From NCBI RefSeq assembly GCF_009914755.1, contig NC_060926.1: a stretch of DNA of 64,000 bases; one strand, written 5' to 3'. The position numbers were made by a program, and so were the translations under genes. Numbering within the stretch: position 1 is the stretch's first letter; each line of letters begins with the position of its first letter. The DNA comes from the human T2T-CHM13v2.0 reference genome, Homo sapiens. A model generated the notes under the pieces. The model saw only the letters and a program-made list of their open reading frames with translations, had not been told where the DNA came from and did not search any database. Positions 53,671 to 64,000 of this stretch are shown here, piece by piece.

Positions 53671-53842
53671 TTAGCCAGGCGTGTTATTGGGCGCCTGTAA
53701 TCCCAGCTACTCAGGAGGCTGAGGTAAGAGAATCACTTGAACCTGGGAGGCAGAGGTTGCAGTAAGCCGAGATCACACCACTGCACCCCAGCCTGGGCGA
53801 CAGAGTGAGACTCCTTCTCAAAAAAAAAAAAAAAAAAAAAAA

Positions 53843-54290
53843 ACAGATGAATAGAGGTCATTATGGTAAGTGAAATAAGCCAGGCACAGAAAGACAGACA
53901 TCACGTGTTCTTACTTATTTGTAGGATCTAAAAATCAAAACAATTGAACTCACGGAGAGTAGAAGGATGGTTACCAGAGGCTGGGAAGGGTAGTAGGGAG
54001 GAGGTGGAAATGGTTAATGGATACAAAAAAATACTTAGAAGGGATAAATAAGATCTAGTATTTGATAGCACAACATAGTATCTAAGTCAAAATAAGTTAA
54101 CTGTATATTTAAAATAACTAACAGTACAACTGGATTGTTCTTAACACAAAACATAAATGGTTGAAGGGATGGATACTCCATTTTCCATGATGTGATTATT
54201 ACACATTGCATGCCTGGATCAAAGCATCTCATGTACCCCATAAATATATATACCTACTATGTATCCACAAAAATGAAAAATAGAAAAAAT
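53843..54290 (+). mobile_element. L1MA 3' end
   Basis: taagtgaaataagccaggcacagaaagac...catctcatgtaccccataaatatatatacctactatgt. Confidence 0.8.
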
Positions 54291-54293
54291 TTA

Positions 54294-54753
<460 letters not shown>

Positions 54754-55825
54754 TTATAAACACCATATAGGCCAAATTCAGCACATAGGTGATCACTTTA
54801 CAGGATCAGTATAAAAGAATAGTTGTCATGAGTAGATGGTGAGCTTCCTGACACAGAAGGTAGTCTAATACAGTCTTCGTGACACCCAGAATCTTACAGA
54901 AGGGATTCCCTCATTAGGGAGGAGGTTTCAAAGATTATCTGTACAAAAAATTCTAGAATCTTAAAATGATAGGAAATTTCTCTGTAGGGTGACAAGCAAG
55001 GCAGAGCTGGGTGGGAAATTGCTAGCGTTTGAAAACTAACCCCAGACTGCTACAGTTAAGTACAGCAAGATTCCTGCTTCCCATGGCTTCACACCACATA
55101 GCAGTTCCTGCTCGGGGCAACCAGGCTGGTCTACACAGGTAGGGCAGACATTCTCCTTTAGTGTTATTTGGAATTTGGGGAAGTATCCCCGTTACCCAGA
55201 AAGATTGCCCTCGCATATCTGTGTCTGAAGTCTAAAATCTGAAATTTCATCATGTTAGACAATATTCCCCAAATCTTCTGTCATTCATTCTTCTTTTTCT
55301 TTTCTTTTTGGAGATAGGGTCTTGCTGTGTTGCCCAGGCACAGATATGATCATATCTTGCTGCAGCCTGAAAATTCCTGGGCTCAAGTGATCCTCCCACC
55401 TCAGCCTCTGGAGTATCTGGGATTACAGGCATGCACCATCACGCCCAGATGATTAATTTTTGTTGGAGACAGGGTCTTCCTATTGTGTCCAGGCTGATCT
55501 CAAGTAATCCTCCTGCCTTGGCCTCCCAAAGTGTTGGAATTACAGGTGTGAGTCACCTGGCCTGGCCCCAACCAAGTAAACAACAGTTAGGGTGGGAACG
55601 GAGCTGAGTATCTTCTACAATTTCCCAGATGAGAATCTTGTAACACAATTAGCTCCTAGCTCCTGCAGGTGATTAATTTACAGGTTGGATTTCCTCCAAG
55701 ACTTGAAGTAGGGCAGGGTGCCACTTGGCAGGGAAGGACTGGGTATTGGGTAGAGATGGGGGTGCTCGCAGGAGAAGGATTTGCTGAAGACAAGCTTAAC
55801 CTGCGTATATATTTATTTTTTTTAA

Positions 55826-56002
<177 letters not shown>

Positions 56003-56740
56003 TAGTAGAGATGGGGTTTCTCCATGTTGGTCAGGCTGGTCTTGAACTCCCAACCTCAGGTGACCCACCTGCCTCAGCCTTCCAATATATTTTTTAATAA
56101 AAATATTTTTAGTATATTTACATTTTTAATAAAAATAGTTTTAATATATTTAAACACATACATATATGTATCTATGTATGTATGTGTATATATATCTTTC
56201 CAATCAGACTACAGCTCTGGGAATCTTCCCTATGGCTCCCAATCTAACAGCTTTCCCCCAACATAGACCTCTCTCCACAGCCCTTCTACCTTCCTTTCAA
56301 GTCCTGACACCTGGTAGAAACTACTAGAAAATTTAAAACAAAACTAATAAAAATGAAATCATGTCTTTTGCAGCAACATTGATGGAACCGGAGGCCATTA
56401 TCTTAGGTGAAATAACTCAGAAACAGAAAATCAAATACCATATATACTCACTTACAAGTGGGAGCTAAATAATGTGTACACATGGAGATAGAAAGCAGAA
56501 TAGACATGGAGACTTGGAAAGGTGGGAGCGTGACAGGGAGGCAAGGGATGAGAAATAATCTGATAACGGTGGTTACACTAAAAGCTCAGATTTCACCACC
56601 ACGAAATATATCGATATAACAAAACTGCACTTGTACCCCCTATATCTATAAAAATAAATAATAAATAATAAAGCAAAACTATATATCTAACATTTTCACA
56701 GTATTCCTGGCTAATATTTCCAGCCAGTCTTGATTATAGC

Positions 56741-60172
<3,432 letters not shown>

Positions 60173-60887
60173 TCAGGAGGATGAACGGGGGGGTGAGGCT
60201 GAGAATCTGCCATTGGTGAATGTAATGTCCTTTCCCAGTTCTGAGCTGGCACAAAGGGTTCTGTCTGCTCCCCCTTTCCCCAGCATCCTTTACCCCACTC
60301 CCCTTTTTGCTTTCTGTTTCCTCCTTTCCACAACCAAATCTTATAGCAGCTGGTTGGAAAAGGGAGGAGCTTGTTTTTGGGTTAAGGAAAGTAAAGAATT
60401 TGGCAGAGAAAGATGGTTAGGGATAATTGTCAGCATAGTAGGCCTTCACTCTGAGTAAAATCTGTCATGACCTTATTTACTAATTAAAAAAATAAAAACA
60501 ATATTTTATGAAACATAGAATCATGGTTCTGTGTCAGTCAGGCTGTCTTTACCAGGAGGCCTGGACATGGAGTAGGTAGTCAGCTGGGCCTCTCTCCCAT
60601 AGGTAGATCTCATCCAACCAGGGAATGCTGAGAACCACTGCTGCACTGGAAGCTTAACTAGTGCACTTATTCTCCAGTTTTATCTTGCAGTGAGACAATA
60701 CTCAATCATTTATTTCCTGGCCTTGGGGTTATTTGTTTGGCTTCACCATCAATTGATCTACTATGAGTTTTTCCTAAAATCATCTAAGCTTTTCCTTAGC
60801 AGGTATCAAAGGCCACTGCCAGGTGATATGAAGAGAAGGAAAAGCAGAGGCTCTGCCATGGGGAAGATGGATCTTTGTTGTGGTCTA

Positions 60888-61217
<330 letters not shown>

Positions 61218-61246
61218 TTATTTACTTATATAAAATGTGCATATCC

Positions 61247-61538
<292 letters not shown>

Positions 61539-61667
61539 TTAAATATGCATATCAGCATCTGTCTCCAGAGCATTAGGGCCATGCATTTTTTTCCTGTGAG
61601 CATCTCCTGAGTTATGGAGATGCCAAATGCCTGAATTCCAGGCCTTCAAGAAATGCTCTGCCAAGCA

Positions 61668-61957
61668 TTTTTTTTCTGAGACGGAGTCTTGCTGTGTCAC
61701 CCAGGCTGGAGTGCAGTGACGCGATCTCGGCTCACTGCAAGCTCTGCCTCCTGGGTTCAAGCAATTCTCCTGCCTCCGCCTCCTGAGTAGCTGGGATTAC
61801 AGGCACGCACCACCACACTCAGCTAATTTTTCTATTATTTGTAGAGACGGGGTTTCACCATTTTGGTCAGACTGGTCTCGAACTCCTGACCTTGTGATCC
61901 ACCTGCCTTGGCTTCCCAAAGTGCTGGGATTACAGGCGTGAGCCACCGTGCCCGGCC
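61668..61957 (-). mobile_element. Alu, inverted relative to the neighbouring AluY
   Basis: Full Alu with TSD tctgc(c/a)aagcatt. Confidence 0.9.
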
Positions 61958-62095
61958 TCTGCAAAGCATTTCTAACCCCAGAGTTATTGATGAGCAAGAT
62001 GTTTTGCTTTGGTGAAGAAGTAAGGTGAGTTATCTTGTCCCTCTGATATAAAGCAGTCCCCAGTGAGGTCGTAGTTGTAAGACCGTTGGCTTTAG

Positions 62096-62311
<216 letters not shown>

Positions 62312-62367
62312 TAAAAATGCAAAATTAGCCAGGTGTGGTGGTGCATGCCTGTAGTGTCAGCTACTCA

Positions 62368-62472
<105 letters not shown>

Positions 62473-63097
62473 TCAAAAAAAAAAAAAAAAAAAAAGTACG
62501 TGCTGCTAAATGTTTCACAAACTGGCCCTGGCCCTCTGGGAGTAAAGGCCCTAATTTGTAGCATTCACCAATCCCCAAGGTATAAATATTCCTACCATGG
62601 CCTATTTCAAGCTAACAGCGTATGTTAACTGGCTAACAAAAATCCTGAAAATTCAATAATCAGGTTTCACATCACAGTAACAACCAGCTCCAGCACACTG
62701 GGGATTCCTCATCTGTACAATGGTGTCAAGAGCATTATTTAACTTAGGAAGTTGTTACAATAATTCATGTATAGTATCTCATACAAAGTAATAACTCAAT
62801 ATATGTTAGCTACTATTTTTAGCCTTTATTCAGGTGTCACCAGACAAAGAGCACATTGTATCTCCCACAGACTTTGGTCTTTTCTGAAGAGTATCACATC
62901 AAAACACTGGTTTTTATCCAATGTAAGCTCTCTCGCCAGGTCTTGAGGGTAGCTGTGTCCTTTTTGTGTCTGACTCTGCAAGGTCTAATTCTGAAACGTA
63001 GACCACACCGTACCCAGGCACTGTACCCACGCTATGTTTGTGACAGCTTGGAGAAATGTCTTCCTGGTTTTTAACTCTCAGACACCGTCTGCACTAG

Positions 63098-63594
<497 letters not shown>

Positions 63595-63870
63595 TAGAAT
63601 ATTCCCTGTCTACATGTCCTGCAAGAGTCCCATCTCTCTCCTTCTGGGGTCTCATCTGTTCTCTAGCTTCCACATCATCCCTATGGAAGTAACCTCTAAG
63701 TCTGTGTCCCATTGTGATCTTCAGTTTAGAGCTAAAGAAATACAGCCTCACCCGGGCGCAGTGGCTCACACCTGTAATCCCAGCACTTTGGAAGGCTGAG
63801 GTGGGCGGATTATCTGAGGTCGGGAGTTCGAGACTAGCCTGACCAACATGGAGAAACCCTGTCTCTACTA

Positions 63871-63999
<129 letters not shown>

Positions 64000-64000
64000 C

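Overview
Human (primate) genomic DNA, AT-rich and very Alu-dense. It matches the SLC30A6/NLRC4 locus, recalled as chr2p22. The + strand carries the last nine coding exons of SLC30A6 (zinc transporter ZnT6; stop at 29217-29219) and a probable long 3'UTR reaching about 32885. The - strand carries essentially the whole NLRC4 CDS in seven exons (61189 to 32979): CARD, NACHT and LRRs, 3074 nt plus a single upstream A. The two genes end tail-to-tail, with their poly(A) signals about 106 bp apart. The introns hold a DDX50 processed pseudogene with TSDs, a 5'-truncated SVA, a U6 retrocopy, MER4-type and other LTRs, L1/L2/MIR fragments, DNA-transposon relics and dozens of Alus. I see no convincing new multi-gene system. 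The most unusual items are: (1) an ectopic alpha-satellite fragment inside an otherwise intact Alu; (2) a 112-nt stop-containing insert in the DDX50 retrocopy that looks like a fossil poison exon; (3) an Alu-associated deletion in the same retrocopy; (4) a composite Alu-spacer-Alu unit bounded by one TSD in the SLC30A6 3'UTR; (5) the NLRC4 start codon split by an intron, and a stop codon overlapping its AATAAA; (6) a fold-back repair scar. Comparisons with parent genes and repeat consensuses are from memory, not from database searches, and repeat boundaries are approximate.
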